A stretch of DNA of 64,000 bases from Marinobacter sp. (GCF_039977835.1 NZ_JBDWCL010000017.1:72403-136402); one strand, 5' to 3'. Shown: positions 9,178-19,633, counted from the stretch's first letter. Translations and numbers: made by a program. The notes: generated by a model not told the origin, from the letters alone.

Positions 9178-10539
9178 ATGCGTAACCATTTGGTCGCAGG
9201 TTTTACAGTGGCAATGCTCGGGCTTGCAGGTAGTAGCGTTTACGCGAAGGTTAGTGAGTCTGAAGCCGAGCGGTTGGGCAAAGAACTCACCCCCGTCGGT
9301 GCCGAAAGAAAAGGTAATGTATCCGGCAGTATCCCGGAATGGACCGGGGGGCTGACCACGCCACCCTCGGGCTGGAGGCCGGGGCAGGTGGAGATCAATC
9401 CTTTCCCGCAGGATGAGCCGTTGTTCGTGATCAACGCGGGCAATGTGGAACTTTACCGCGACAAACTTACCGACGGCCACATCCGGATGCTGAAGCAGTA
9501 TGGTCCGGAATTCGTGATGCCGGTTTACCAGACTCGCCGTACGGCATCTTTTCCGGAACATGTCTACGAAAAGTCACGGGAGAACGCCCTCAGCGCTGAA
9601 CTGTTGAGCAACGGCAACGGGGTTCGGAACACCATCATGACCAGCCCCTTCCCGATTCCCGAGGATGGTCTCGAGGTTATCTGGAACCACATTCTCCGGT
9701 ATCGGGGTGAAGAGCTCACATTCCGGAGTTCTTCGGCGACTCCGCAAGTGAACGGTTCTTACAATCAGGTGGTGAACCAGTATGATTACTTTTTTGCCTA
9801 CAGCCGTCGCGGGGCCGATCTGGAGGATATCGATAACAAGATTTTCTACCTGAAAACCGAAACCATCGCGCCCTCAAACCTGGCGGGCACCATCACTCTG
9901 GTTCACGAGACGCTTGACCAGATCCGCTCGCCGCGCCTGGCCTGGCGTTATGATGCCGGCTCGCGCCGCCTGCGCCGGTCACCGAACCTGGCCTATGAAA
10001 CCGACCTGCCGAACTCGTCCTCGCTGAGGTCCGTCGACCAGAAAGACATGTATAACGGTGCTCCGAATCAGTATGACTGGGAGCTCAAAGGCAAGCGTGA
10101 AATTTTTGTGCCCTATAACGCCTACAGGCTTCATGATGAAAACATTCAGCCTGACGATGTTATTCGTCCGCAGCACATCAATCAGGAACTGACCCGCTAC
10201 GAGCTTCACCGGGTATGGGTTGTCGAGGCGAAGCTGCGGACCGGTATCAGCCATATCTATTCCCGCCGGGTATTCTATGTGGATGAGGATAGCTGGCAGA
10301 TTCTCGCGAGCGAAGAATATGACAGTGAGGGTGAACTCTGGCGCGTATCCGAGGCCCACAACATTAGCTATTACAGTGAGCCGGTGTTCTGGACTACCAT
10401 GGAGATGACGTACGATCTCAAAGCGGAGCGTTACTATATTGATGGTCTGGACAATGGATTCCCGGCCTATGATTTCAAACCCGGCTTCCGCGGCAACCAG
10501 TTCTCGGCTTCAGCTGCCCGCAGGGCAGCTCGGCGCTGA
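9178..10539 (+). CDS. DUF1329 domain periplasmic protein (LolA-like fold)
   Basis: Signal peptide, LTPVGAERKGN..GSIPEWTGG, PFPIPEDGLEVIWNH, YELHRVWVVEA, RVFYVDEDSWQI motifs; ATG 9178 with RBS. Confidence 0.88.
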   Translation: MRNHLVAGFTVAMLGLAGSSVYAKVSESEAERLGKELTPVGAERKGNVSGSIPEWTGGLTTPPSGWRPGQVEINPFPQDEPLFVINAGNVELYRDKLTDGHIRMLKQYGPEFVMPVYQTRRTASFPEHVYEKSRENALSAELLSNGNGVRNTIMTSPFPIPEDGLEVIWNHILRYRGEELTFRSSSATPQVNGSYNQVVNQYDYFFAYSRRGADLEDIDNKIFYLKTETIAPSNLAGTITLVHETLDQIRSPRLAWRYDAGSRRLRRSPNLAYETDLPNSSSLRSVDQKDMYNGAPNQYDWELKGKREIFVPYNAYRLHDENIQPDDVIRPQHINQELTRYELHRVWVVEAKLRTGISHIYSRRVFYVDEDSWQILASEEYDSEGELWRVSEAHNISYYSEPVFWTTMEMTYDLKAERYYIDGLDNGFPAYDFKPGFRGNQFSASAARRAARR

Positions 10540-10547
10540 CGACAGTG

Positions 10548-10576
10548 ATGGCCGGGGTTTTCGGATCCCCGGCCAT
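10548..10576 (+). terminator. GC-rich hairpin after the DUF1329 gene (possible terminator or stabiliser)
   Basis: ATGGCCGGGG / CCCCGGCCAT perfect 10-bp stem starting 8 nt after the stop; no clear U-tract. Confidence 0.5.
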
Positions 10577-10611
10577 TGTCCGGGCCATACAACGATACTG
10601 GAGACACAGGT

Positions 10612-10938
10612 ATGTCGGTGCCGGAGCAACTGGAAGCAGTGGATACCCTGGTGGAGCACCTGAAGACCGCTCTTGCGGAAAAAAACTGGGAAGAACTGTC
10701 ACGCCTGAACGAGCTGGTAAAGCCGACCATTGAACCGGTGATGGCCGCCCTGGAAGCCGGTGAGCTGAGCCCGGAGCCGGTACGACAACGACTGGCAACC
10801 CTTCAGACCTATTGTGACCGTGCCAATATTTCGGCAAATGAGGCCAAAGCCGAGGCCCAGAAAGCTCTCAAGGAGATTAATCAGAATCGAAGCGCGGCGA
10901 AAGCCTATCAGAACGTCTCCTCAAATCGTCCCAAATAG
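10612..10938 (+). CDS. fliT: FliT-like flagellar chaperone
   Basis: 108 aa helical protein, ALAEKNWEELSRL N-terminus and NRSAAKAYQ C-terminus typical of FliT-like proteins; immediately upstream of fleQ; GGAG RBS. Confidence 0.6.
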   Translation: MSVPEQLEAVDTLVEHLKTALAEKNWEELSRLNELVKPTIEPVMAALEAGELSPEPVRQRLATLQTYCDRANISANEAKAEAQKALKEINQNRSAAKAYQNVSSNRPK

Positions 10939-10939
10939 C

Positions 10940-10953
10940 GTCATAAAATTGAC
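10940..10953. promoter_or_regulatory. Candidate FleQ box overlapping the -35 (TTGACT) of the fleQ promoter
   Basis: GTCATAAAATTGAC versus FleQ consensus GTCaNTAAAtTGAC (1 mismatch). Confidence 0.55.
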
Positions 10954-11011
10954 TCAGGCGCACTTACAGTCTTAAATACCGCTCACAAATCCCCGCAAGA
11001 GATTCGTTTGA

Positions 11012-12463
11012 ATGTCGAAGAACAATAAGTTGCTGGTGCTCAGCGAGGACGACACGAGAAAGCGTGATATCGCCACCATACTTGAGTTTGTTGGTGAGGA
11101 AGAGGTTATTGCCGGTGAGGAAGCGCGCTTGATGCTTGCCAGTGGCGATGCGGCAACACTGGACGAGATCTCTGCTGTGGTCGTTAACGGCGAAGATTCG
11201 GGGGTGCACAAGACCATATCGTCGGTGTGCGACGCCACAGTGGGGGTGCCCGTGTTGATGATCGGGTATCCTGACCTGAAACCGCTGTCCGAGGAACACG
11301 CCAGCCGGGTGATTGCCCGCATGGAATGGCCCCTGAACTACACCAAATTTGTGGATTCGCTGTATCGTGCCCAGATTTACCGTGACCAGTTTGCCCGGTC
11401 CCGGGAGCGTGGCAAGCAGCGCGGGTTACAGCTTTTCCGCAGCCTGGTTGGTACCAGCCGCAAGGTGCAGTCCGTTCGTCAGCTGATGGAACAGGTTGCA
11501 GACAAGGATGTGAGCGTGTTGATAACCGGCGAATCCGGCACCGGCAAAGAAGTGGTGGCTCGTAATCTGCATTACCACTCCGCCCGCCGTGACAAGCCCT
11601 TTGTCCCGGTCAATTGCGGCGCCATTCCAGCAGAGCTGCTCGAAAGTGAGCTGTTCGGCCATGAGAAGGGCGCCTTTACGGGCGCCATCACCGCCCGCGT
11701 TGGTCGATTCGAACTGGCCGAGGGCGGCACCCTGTTTCTTGACGAAATCGGCGATATGCCTCTGAACATGCAGGTCAAGATACTGCGGGTATTGCAGGAA
11801 CGTACCTACGAGCGCGTGGGCAGTAACCGCACCCAGTCCGCCGACGTGCGGGTAATTGCGGCCACCCACAAGGTTCTGGAGGACATGATCGAGAGCGGTG
11901 ATTTCCGCGAAGATCTTTACTATCGCCTCAATGTGTTCCCCATCGAAATGCCGGCTCTGCGGGAACGGGTAGAAGACATACCGTTGCTGATCAATGAGCT
12001 CATCTCCCGTATGGAGAAAGAAAAACGCGGATCACTGCGAATGAACTCGGCAGCGATCATGAGCCTCTGTCGCCATGACTGGCCGGGCAATGTCCGGGAG
12101 CTGGCAAACCTGGTAGAGCGCCTCGCCATTATGCATCCTTACGGGGTGATCGGGGTGCAGGAGCTGCCCAAGAAGTTCCGCTATGTGGACGACTACGATG
12201 AGAATCGCCCGGTGGAGGATTCGGGCATGCCTTCCAGTATTCCGGGGCTGGTGGGGCTGGATGCACCAGCGTTGTTGCCGGTGAACGGTATTGATCTGAA
12301 GGACTACCTCTCCAACCTCGAGAAACAGCTGATCCAGCAGGCGCTGGATGAGGCCGGGGGAGTGGTGGCCCGGGCGGCAGAGAAACTGCGGATTCGACGG
12401 ACGACCCTGGTGGAAAAGGTCCGGAAGTACGGGCTTCGGGACGAGGAGTCCGAGGAAAATTAA
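11012..12463 (+). CDS. fleQ: Sigma54-dependent flagellar master regulator FleQ/FlrA
   Basis: FleQ N-domain, [22 protein letters not shown]-terminal Fis HTH; upstream of fleSR. Confidence 0.96.
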   Translation: MSKNNKLLVLSEDDTRKRDIATILEFVGEEEVIAGEEARLMLASGDAATLDEISAVVVNGEDSGVHKTISSVCDATVGVPVLMIGYPDLKPLSEEHASRVIARMEWPLNYTKFVDSLYRAQIYRDQFARSRERGKQRGLQLFRSLVGTSRKVQSVRQLMEQVADKDVSVLITGESGTGKEVVARNLHYHSARRDKPFVPVNCGAIPAELLESELFGHEKGAFTGAITARVGRFELAEGGTLFLDEIGDMPLNMQVKILRVLQERTYERVGSNRTQSADVRVIAATHKVLEDMIESGDFREDLYYRLNVFPIEMPALRERVEDIPLLINELISRMEKEKRGSLRMNSAAIMSLCRHDWPGNVRELANLVERLAIMHPYGVIGVQELPKKFRYVDDYDENRPVEDSGMPSSIPGLVGLDAPALLPVNGIDLKDYLSNLEKQLIQQALDEAGGVVARAAEKLRIRRTTLVEKVRKYGLRDEESEEN

Positions 12464-12484
12464 GTAGCCCATAGCGGCTATCAA

Positions 12485-12526
12485 ACGGCGTCAAAGGTTT
12501 GTAACCTGCGACGCCGTTGTTGTTTC
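12485..12526 (+). terminator. Hairpin after fleQ (probable intrinsic terminator)
   Basis: AACGGCGTC...GACGCCGTT 9-bp stem enclosing AGGTT/AACCT, followed by GTTGTTT. Confidence 0.5.
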
Positions 12527-12600
12527 AGGGGTGACGGAAACTCGTCATCTCTCCTTTCAGTAATTCCTCTACTACTTGAAATATAAACAAAAAGTAAAGT

Positions 12601-12616
12601 TGGCACAGTGCTGGCT
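12601..12616 (+). promoter_or_regulatory. Sigma54 promoter of fleSR
   Basis: TGGCAC-AGTGC-TGGCT (GG-N10-GC). Confidence 0.7.
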
Positions 12617-12682
12617 TAGTACTGATCAAACGATCCATCCGATTGGTACGGGCCGGGCATGGCCCGGTCAGAGGGCGAGTTT

Positions 12683-13972
12683 ATGAGTCAGTTGCATTTT
12701 GTTGGTTTGTCGTCGGCGAAGGGGGCCTCCGTCGTTAAGGACTCTTCCGCCAATGCGGCAGCGGATGTCAATGACAAGGTGACCGCGTTGTTCCCCGAAC
12801 AGGATGATGAAGCTGTGGGTACGGCGCTGGACCTGTTCAATCAGATGTCCCGGCAGATTACTGATTCCTACCGTACCCTGGAGTCTCGTGTAAACCAGTT
12901 GTCCGGGGAACTGTCTGCAGAGTCACGGCAGCGTCAGGCGGAGCTGGAGCAGAAGGAGGAGCTGGCAGATCGTCTTTCCACGTTGCTCCATGCGCTTCCG
13001 GCAGGCGTGGTGGTTCTCGACAGCCAGGGTGTGGTGACCCAGACGAATCCAGCAGCCATTACGTTATTGGGGGAACCCCTTGGCGGAGAGCGCTGGGTGG
13101 ATGTGATTCGCCGCTGCTTTGCGCCGCGTCGGGACGACGGTCACGAGGTATCGCTCAAAGATGGCCGCCGGGTGAGTATCGAAATCCGTACCATGGAGAA
13201 TCAGCCAGGGCAGTTGATCCTGCTGACGGATCTGACCGAGACCCGTCATCTTCAGGCACAACTGGCCCATGCCCAGCGCCTGTCGGCCATGGGGAAGATG
13301 GTGGCGTCACTGGCCCACCAGATTCGCACGCCGTTGTCTGCCGCCATTCTGTATGGAGGTCACCTCAGCCAGGATGATCTGGACGAAGAGATGCGGCAGC
13401 GTTGCGCCTCCCGCCTGATGTCCCGTCTTACCCACCTTGAGCAGCAGGTTCGCGACATGCTGATTTTCGCCCGCGGTGAAACCCGGCTGGCGGAAGAGCT
13501 GTCTGCCTCTGCGTTGGTGCAGGCGCTGGGGTCGGCGCTCGATGGGCTGAAACTTCCCGTCGGTGTTTCCGTGGAGCTGGACAGCGAGGCCGACGAAGAG
13601 ACGATGATGTGTAATCGCGATGCGCTGGTCGGTGCCTGTACAAACCTTGTGAATAACAGTGTGGAAGCAGGCGCAACGAAGGTTAAAGTTGCCATTGCTT
13701 CTGCCAGCGGTGAGCTGGTGGTTCGGGTAGCGGATAACGGCCCCGGATTTTCTCCGGAACAGACCGGCCAGCTGCTGGAAGCCTTCTACACCACCAAGTC
13801 CCATGGCACAGGACTGGGGCTTGCGGTTGTTCAGGCCGTTGTGAAGGCACACCAGGGCCGCTTTGACATTGAATCGCCCGCTGTTGGGGGCGCTGTTGCA
13901 ACCATTTCGCTGCCATTGCTGCGTTCGCCGTCGGCCAGTGGCCGTCGCCCGCAGCCACACCAGAACAACTGA
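12683..13972 (+). CDS. fleS: Cytoplasmic PAS sensor histidine kinase FleS/FlrB
   Basis: PAS-like region, H-box SLAHQIRTPL, N/G boxes (NLVNN, DNGPG, GTGLGL), no TM. Confidence 0.94.
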   Translation: MSQLHFVGLSSAKGASVVKDSSANAAADVNDKVTALFPEQDDEAVGTALDLFNQMSRQITDSYRTLESRVNQLSGELSAESRQRQAELEQKEELADRLSTLLHALPAGVVVLDSQGVVTQTNPAAITLLGEPLGGERWVDVIRRCFAPRRDDGHEVSLKDGRRVSIEIRTMENQPGQLILLTDLTETRHLQAQLAHAQRLSAMGKMVASLAHQIRTPLSAAILYGGHLSQDDLDEEMRQRCASRLMSRLTHLEQQVRDMLIFARGETRLAEELSASALVQALGSALDGLKLPVGVSVELDSEADEETMMCNRDALVGACTNLVNNSVEAGATKVKVAIASASGELVVRVADNGPGFSPEQTGQLLEAFYTTKSHGTGLGLAVVQAVVKAHQGRFDIESPAVGGAVATISLPLLRSPSASGRRPQPHQNN

Positions 13973-13984
13973 CCGGAGGCAATC

Positions 13985-15436
13985 ATGGCCAAGGCCCAAA
14001 TTCTGATCGTTGAAGATGACCACGATCTGCGCGAAGCGTTGGTGACCACGCTGGAGCTGGCAAAGTTCCGGGTGCGGGAAGCTGCTGATGCAAGGCAGGC
14101 GCTGGCGCAACTGGCCGAGTCGCCAGTAGACATGGTGGTCAGCGACGTGAACATGCCCGGTATGTCCGGCCATGACCTGCTGCATGAAATACAGAGGTTG
14201 TATCCGGGATTACCCACCATGCTGATTACTGCCTACGGCCAGATCAGCCATGCGGTTTCTGCCATGCAGGCGGGCGCTATTGACTACCTGGTCAAGCCGT
14301 TTGAACCGGCAGTACTGGTCGACGCAGTCAGCAAGGTTGTGGGCGGCAGCCGCCAGAAAAGTAGTGACGAGCCCGTGGCGGAAGACCCCATCAGCAAGCG
14401 CATGTTCCAATTGGCGGCAAAGGTAGCCGGGAGCGACTCAACGGTAATGATTTCCGGCGAGAGCGGAACCGGCAAAGAAGTGCTGGCACGCTATATACAC
14501 CAGCAGTCGCCCCGTTCCGATCAGCCTTTCGTTGCCATTAACTGTGCAGCGATTCCCGAAAACATGCTTGAAGCCATCCTGTTTGGTCACGAGAAGGGCG
14601 CCTTCACCGGCGCCGTGGCATCGTCACCCGGTAAGTTTGAACAGGCCAACGGCGGTACCATTCTGCTGGATGAGATTTCGGAAATGGATCTGGGCCTGCA
14701 ATCCAAGTTGCTTCGGGTGTTGCAGGAGCGTGAGGTTGAGCGGGTGGGTGGCCGCAAGACGATTGTCCTGGACGTTCGGGTGATTGCAACGACCAACCGT
14801 GACCTGTCCGACTATGTCCGCGAGGGTAAATTCCGGGAAGACCTGTATTACCGGCTGACGGTGTTTCCCATGCACTGGCAGCCTCTGCGCGAGCGCACGC
14901 TTGATATCATGCCGCTGGCCAGCGCCCTGCTGAAAAACCACTGCCGCAAAATGAAACTGACCGGCGTAACCTTTGCTCCTGACGCCAGAAGTGCGCTCAT
15001 GGCCCATCAGTGGCCCGGAAATGTTCGCGAGCTGGACAATGCCATTCAGCGGGCACTCGTGCTTCACCAGGGCAATGTGATTCATGCCGGCGACTTATGC
15101 CTGGAGCTGGGCATTACCGGGCGGATGGACAGCGGCTCAGCGGCCGTCTCTCAGCAGTCCGCACCTCAACAGTCGTCTGAAACAGCCATGCAGGCGGACG
15201 AGGGAGCAATCGGCACCCTGGATAGCCCGGGTATCGATGATCTTTCGCCCACTTCCCTCGGTGACGAGGTTCGCCAGCGTGAATTCCGGATTATTATCCA
15301 GACACTGAAAAAGGAACGCGGCCGTCGTAATCGGGCAGCGGAACAACTGGGTATCAGTCCCCGCACACTCAGGTACAAACTGGCGCAGATGCGGGATGCC
15401 GGCATTGATCTGGACGCTGAACTGGCTGCTGCCTGA
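13985..15436 (+). CDS. fleR: Sigma54-dependent response regulator FleR/FlrC
   Basis: REC (VVSDVNMP), [17 protein letters not shown]. Confidence 0.95.
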   Translation: MAKAQILIVEDDHDLREALVTTLELAKFRVREAADARQALAQLAESPVDMVVSDVNMPGMSGHDLLHEIQRLYPGLPTMLITAYGQISHAVSAMQAGAIDYLVKPFEPAVLVDAVSKVVGGSRQKSSDEPVAEDPISKRMFQLAAKVAGSDSTVMISGESGTGKEVLARYIHQQSPRSDQPFVAINCAAIPENMLEAILFGHEKGAFTGAVASSPGKFEQANGGTILLDEISEMDLGLQSKLLRVLQEREVERVGGRKTIVLDVRVIATTNRDLSDYVREGKFREDLYYRLTVFPMHWQPLRERTLDIMPLASALLKNHCRKMKLTGVTFAPDARSALMAHQWPGNVRELDNAIQRALVLHQGNVIHAGDLCLELGITGRMDSGSAAVSQQSAPQQSSETAMQADEGAIGTLDSPGIDDLSPTSLGDEVRQREFRIIIQTLKKERGRRNRAAEQLGISPRTLRYKLAQMRDAGIDLDAELAAA

Positions 15437-15458
15437 AGCCCTCTTAGACTCCTTCGTT

Positions 15459-15483
15459 CGGCACCTTCGGGTGCCGTTTTTTT
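15459..15483 (+). terminator. Rho-independent terminator after fleR
   Basis: CGGCACC-TTCG-GGTGCCG followed by TTTTTTT. Confidence 0.93.
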
Positions 15484-15569
15484 ATGGGCTCGTCAAAAGA
15501 CCGTCACCGGTTCATCCCTTGTGCTCAAAACTTGCATTAACTTTCTGAAAAACAGGCAATAATTATTGT

Positions 15570-15585
15570 TGGCCTGTGGTTTGCT
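15570..15585 (+). promoter_or_regulatory. Sigma54 promoter of the fliE operon
   Basis: TGGCCT-GTGGT-TTGCT. Confidence 0.8.
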
Positions 15586-15652
15586 TATATCCCGGAAAGT
15601 AATATCCAGTTCAATGGCTTGCCCGCCAAATGGGTAATCCGGGGAGTGAATC

Positions 15653-16021
15653 ATGGTTCAGCGTGCTGACATCAACAGTGTTCTTTCTGAAATCCGCAAC
15701 ATGCGCTCGCAGATGATGGAGAATCAGCGGGTTGAGCAGGATAACAATATCCGCGGCCGGCTGGATGGACCTTCCCGCATTCAGGAAAGCCCGGAAACCC
15801 CGAAATTCAGTGACATGCTCAGCCACGCGGTGGGGTCAGTGAACGAACTTCAGCAGTCGTCCAGTGATCTCAAGACCGCTTATGACATGGGAGACCCCAA
15901 TGTGGATATTACCCGTGTCATGATCGCCTCCGAAAAGGCGTCCATTTCCTTCGAGGCACTGACCCAGGTTCGTAACCGGGTGGTCAAGGCTTACGAAGAC
16001 ATCATGAATATGCCGGTTTGA
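15653..16021 (+). CDS. fliE: Flagellar hook-basal body protein FliE
   Basis: [34 protein letters not shown]. Confidence 0.96.
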   Translation: MVQRADINSVLSEIRNMRSQMMENQRVEQDNNIRGRLDGPSRIQESPETPKFSDMLSHAVGSVNELQQSSSDLKTAYDMGDPNVDITRVMIASEKASISFEALTQVRNRVVKAYEDIMNMPV

Positions 16022-16036
16022 TAGCGGAGCAGACCC

Positions 16037-17737
16037 ATGGCCAGTTTACCTGCCGAAACTTCATCCTCGAATATGCCCGCAGCGCGGGACGACGACTCCG
16101 GCGAAAGCCGTAGTGACCTGATATTCGGGTTCAACCGGCTCAACCTGTTACGGCAGGTAGGCCTGATGGTAGGCCTTGCTGCCAGTGTCGCCCTCGGTGT
16201 TGCCGTGGTTCTGTGGGCGCAGGAGCCCAATTACCAGCCGGTGGTCGGGGATATGTCCGGTTACAATCCCCAGGACGTCACCACAATCCTTGACAGCAGC
16301 GGTATTGATTACCGGATGGACCCCCGTACCGGAGCGCTACTGGTCCCCTCCGATGAGGTCTATAACGCCCGCCTCAAGCTGGCTGCCGAAGGTGTGACAG
16401 ACGAACAGACGATGGGATACGAACTGCTGGATCAGGATCGTGGCCTGGGAACCTCCCAGTTCATGGAAACCATCAGCTTTCGCCGCGGCCTCGAAGGAGA
16501 GTTGGCCCGCACCATCAGCAGTATGCGTACGGTGCGTTCCGCCCGCGTGCATCTGGCCATTCCGGAGCGTTCGGTTTTTGTTCGTGATGCCCGCACGCCG
16601 ACAGCGTCGGTGTTTCTGGAAGTCATTGCCGGCCGTCGGCTGGAGCATGAACAGATTGCCTCGATCATAAACCTGGTTGCCGGAAGTATCCCGGAAATGT
16701 CGAAAGAGAATGTGACGGTGGTTGACCAGAGCGGCAACCTGCTGACGGGACGAGAAGACGGTGGCGATACGCGCCAAATGGAAGACCAGTACGATTACAC
16801 CGCACGAGTCGAGGACCGGCTGACGCGCCGGGTTGCGTCTCTGGTGCGTCCCGTGGTCGGTGACGGCCGCTTCCGCGCCGAGGTGACGGCAGATCTGGAT
16901 TTTTCGTCTGTAGAGCAGGCAGAGGAGTTGTTTAACCCTGAGCAGCAGGCCGTGCGTAGCGAGCGCAAGATGTCCGAGCGTCGGGCCGCTGGGAGTGCAG
17001 GGGGTATCCCCGGTGCACTGTCCAACCAGCCCCCGGCCCAGGCTGCTGTACCGGAACAGGCCAACGGTGATGACGAGGGCGGGGCACCGCCGGCTCCTGT
17101 GAATGTGCGTGAGGAATCAACCCGCAACTACGAAATGGACCGCACGGTCAGCTATGTGCGCCAGGAACTCGGGCGGGTGAAACGGTTGTCGGTAGCCCTT
17201 GCCGTTGACGATATGAAAGTAATCGACCCGCAGACGGGTGAAGTCAGCTACGAACCCTGGCCGGAGCAGGAACTTCAGCGCCTGACCATGCTGGTTCGTG
17301 ATGCTGTTGGTTATTCGGCGGCCCGGGGCGACAGTGTCACGGTGATGAATACCGCTTTCGCGGCCCAGGAACAGGTGGAATTTGAGGCCCCGGGGTTCTG
17401 GGAACAACCCTGGTTCTGGGACCTGATGAAACAGGTCCTGGCGGGGCTGGTTATTCTGGTACTGGTACTGGGTTTGCTCCGCCCGACCCTTAAAAGTCTC
17501 TCTGGTGGCGGTCGCAGTGAACGCCGGGGTGATTCGGATGATGACGGCTATGAAGGGCTGGATGGCATTGAGGGTGGCGATGCCCTGCGTGAAGCCATGC
17601 ACTCACAGGACGATCTGCTTTTGCCGGGGGCAACAGACAGCTATGATAGGCAGTTGAATGCACTGAAAGGCCTGATTGCGGAAGACCCCGCGCGGGTCTC
17701 CCAGGTGATGCGCCAGTGGGTGAATGTCGATGACTGA
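16037..17737 (+). CDS. fliF: MS-ring protein FliF
   Basis: Two TMs, GYELLD, RGLEGELARTI, ARVHLAIP. Confidence 0.97.
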   Translation: MASLPAETSSSNMPAARDDDSGESRSDLIFGFNRLNLLRQVGLMVGLAASVALGVAVVLWAQEPNYQPVVGDMSGYNPQDVTTILDSSGIDYRMDPRTGALLVPSDEVYNARLKLAAEGVTDEQTMGYELLDQDRGLGTSQFMETISFRRGLEGELARTISSMRTVRSARVHLAIPERSVFVRDARTPTASVFLEVIAGRRLEHEQIASIINLVAGSIPEMSKENVTVVDQSGNLLTGREDGGDTRQMEDQYDYTARVEDRLTRRVASLVRPVVGDGRFRAEVTADLDFSSVEQAEELFNPEQQAVRSERKMSERRAAGSAGGIPGALSNQPPAQAAVPEQANGDDEGGAPPAPVNVREESTRNYEMDRTVSYVRQELGRVKRLSVALAVDDMKVIDPQTGEVSYEPWPEQELQRLTMLVRDAVGYSAARGDSVTVMNTAFAAQEQVEFEAPGFWEQPWFWDLMKQVLAGLVILVLVLGLLRPTLKSLSGGGRSERRGDSDDDGYEGLDGIEGGDALREAMHSQDDLLLPGATDSYDRQLNALKGLIAEDPARVSQVMRQWVNVDD

Positions 17738-18770
17738 TGAAAACAACCGCCAGCCTGAGGCCCCGCAAAAGCCCCAACGGAAAATTCCCCGGGTAGAGCA
17801 AGCGGCGATCCTGCTGATGTCGCTGGGCGAAAACGACGCTGCCGAAGTGCTCAAACACATGGGCCCGAAAGAAGTGCAGCGGGTGGGCGTGGCCATGGCG
17901 CAGATGAAGGATGTCAGCAAGGACGATGTTACCTACGTGCTCAACCAGTTTGTCGAGGCCGTGGGCGGCCAGACTGGTTTGGGCGTTGGCAACGATGATT
18001 ACATCCGCACCATGCTTACCCAGGCCCTGGGTGATGACAAAGCGTCCAGCCTGATTGACCGGATTCTTATTGGTGGTAATACCACCGGCCTGGACACACT
18101 GAAGTGGATGGAGCCCCGTGCGGTTGGTGACATCATTCGCTACGAGCACCCACAGATTCAGGCCATTGTTATTTCCTATCTGGATCCGGACCAGGCCGCT
18201 GAAATCCTGGGTACTCTGGACGACAAGGTGCGCCTGGATGTGATGATGCGGGTGGCGTCCCTTGAAAGTATCCAGCCCCAGGCGCTCCAGGAATTGAACG
18301 ATATCCTCGAGAAGCAGTTCTCAGGTGGTTCCGCCGCCCAGACCAGTCGCATCGGCGGGGTCAAGCGGGCAGCCGACATCATGAACTTCATGGACCGCAG
18401 CGTCGAGGGTGGCCTGATGGATTCCATCAAGGATATGGATCCCGACCTGGCCTCCACCATCGAGGATTTGATGTTTGTCTTCGACAATCTGAAAGATATT
18501 GATGACCGTGGTATCCAGGCACTGTTGCGGGAAGTCTCCTCCGAGGTTCTGGTGGTGGCACTGAAGGGCGCCGACGATGGCGTTCAGGAGAAAATTTTCA
18601 AGAACATGTCCAAGCGCGCTGCCGAATTGCTGCAGGATGACCTTGAGGCCAAGGGGCCGGTGCGGGTCAGCGAAGTGGAGTCGGCCCAGAAAGACATTAT
18701 CACCATCGCCCGCCGTATGGCCGAGGCCGGTGAAATCACTCTTGGCGGTTCCGGCGAAGAAATGATGTGA
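17730..18770 (+). CDS. fliG: Motor switch protein FliG
   Basis: EHPQ, MFVFDNL, KGPVRVSEVE. Confidence 0.97.
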   Translation: MTDENNRQPEAPQKPQRKIPRVEQAAILLMSLGENDAAEVLKHMGPKEVQRVGVAMAQMKDVSKDDVTYVLNQFVEAVGGQTGLGVGNDDYIRTMLTQALGDDKASSLIDRILIGGNTTGLDTLKWMEPRAVGDIIRYEHPQIQAIVISYLDPDQAAEILGTLDDKVRLDVMMRVASLESIQPQALQELNDILEKQFSGGSAAQTSRIGGVKRAADIMNFMDRSVEGGLMDSIKDMDPDLASTIEDLMFVFDNLKDIDDRGIQALLREVSSEVLVVALKGADDGVQEKIFKNMSKRAAELLQDDLEAKGPVRVSEVESAQKDIITIARRMAEAGEITLGGSGEEMM

Positions 18771-19633
18771 TGAAAGATTCCCGTCGCAACCTCGACCGCA
18801 TTCCCAAGGAAAATCTCACCGCCTATGAGCGCTGGGAGCTTCCTCTGCTGGACGCCCGGGGCAACGAAGTTGCGCGGGAAGAGGAGCGGGATGTAAAGCC
18901 GCTGACCGCGGCCGACATTGACGAAATCCGCCAGGCCGCCCATGACGATGGCCATAACGAAGGCCGTGAGGCGGGGTACCAGGCGGGGTTCAGTGAGGGC
19001 CTGGAGAAGGGCCGCCAGGAAGGGTTCGAAGCCGGCTTTGCGGAAGGGCGTGAGCAGGGCACGGAACAGGGCCTGGCGGAAACCCGAAAGGAAGTGGATG
19101 TGAAGCTCGACCGGCTGGAACATCTGCTGGGTGAGTTGCTGGTTCCCATCCAGCGCCACGAAGACGAGATTGAAACCGCGCTTGTTAACCTGACGACCGT
19201 ACTCGCCCGCGCTATTGTGTTCCGGGAGCTTTCACTGGATTCCTCTCATATCGCCGAGGTGGTCCGGTGCGCAATGGCCTCCCTGCCATCGACCACAGAA
19301 AACGTACGGGTTCATGTTCATCCCGAGGATTACCAGTGGGTCAGCGAGGTTGCCGGAAAGTTCGAGGCCGCCACCTCCATCGTGGAGGATGACTCGATTC
19401 TGCGGGGTGGCTGCAAACTGGAGACCCGCCACAGCCTGGTGGACTTCACCGTTGAAAAGCGGTTCCAGAAAGCCATTCAGGGCATGCTCGACAAACAGCT
19501 GGATACTGAGAAAGCCGTTGAGGGGGAAGAGCTTGGCGCCATGATGAGCGATCTCACCGACTTCCAGCACGGCGTGCTTGACTCCGATGAGAGCACGGAC
19601 AAGGGTGAGGGCAATGACGGCGCACCTGGCTGA
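18770..19633 (+). CDS. fliH: Flagellar export protein FliH
   Basis: AYERWELP N-terminus, GxxxG repeats, VHVHPED, GGCKLET. Confidence 0.95.
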   Translation: MKDSRRNLDRIPKENLTAYERWELPLLDARGNEVAREEERDVKPLTAADIDEIRQAAHDDGHNEGREAGYQAGFSEGLEKGRQEGFEAGFAEGREQGTEQGLAETRKEVDVKLDRLEHLLGELLVPIQRHEDEIETALVNLTTVLARAIVFRELSLDSSHIAEVVRCAMASLPSTTENVRVHVHPEDYQWVSEVAGKFEAATSIVEDDSILRGGCKLETRHSLVDFTVEKRFQKAIQGMLDKQLDTEKAVEGEELGAMMSDLTDFQHGVLDSDESTDKGEGNDGAPG

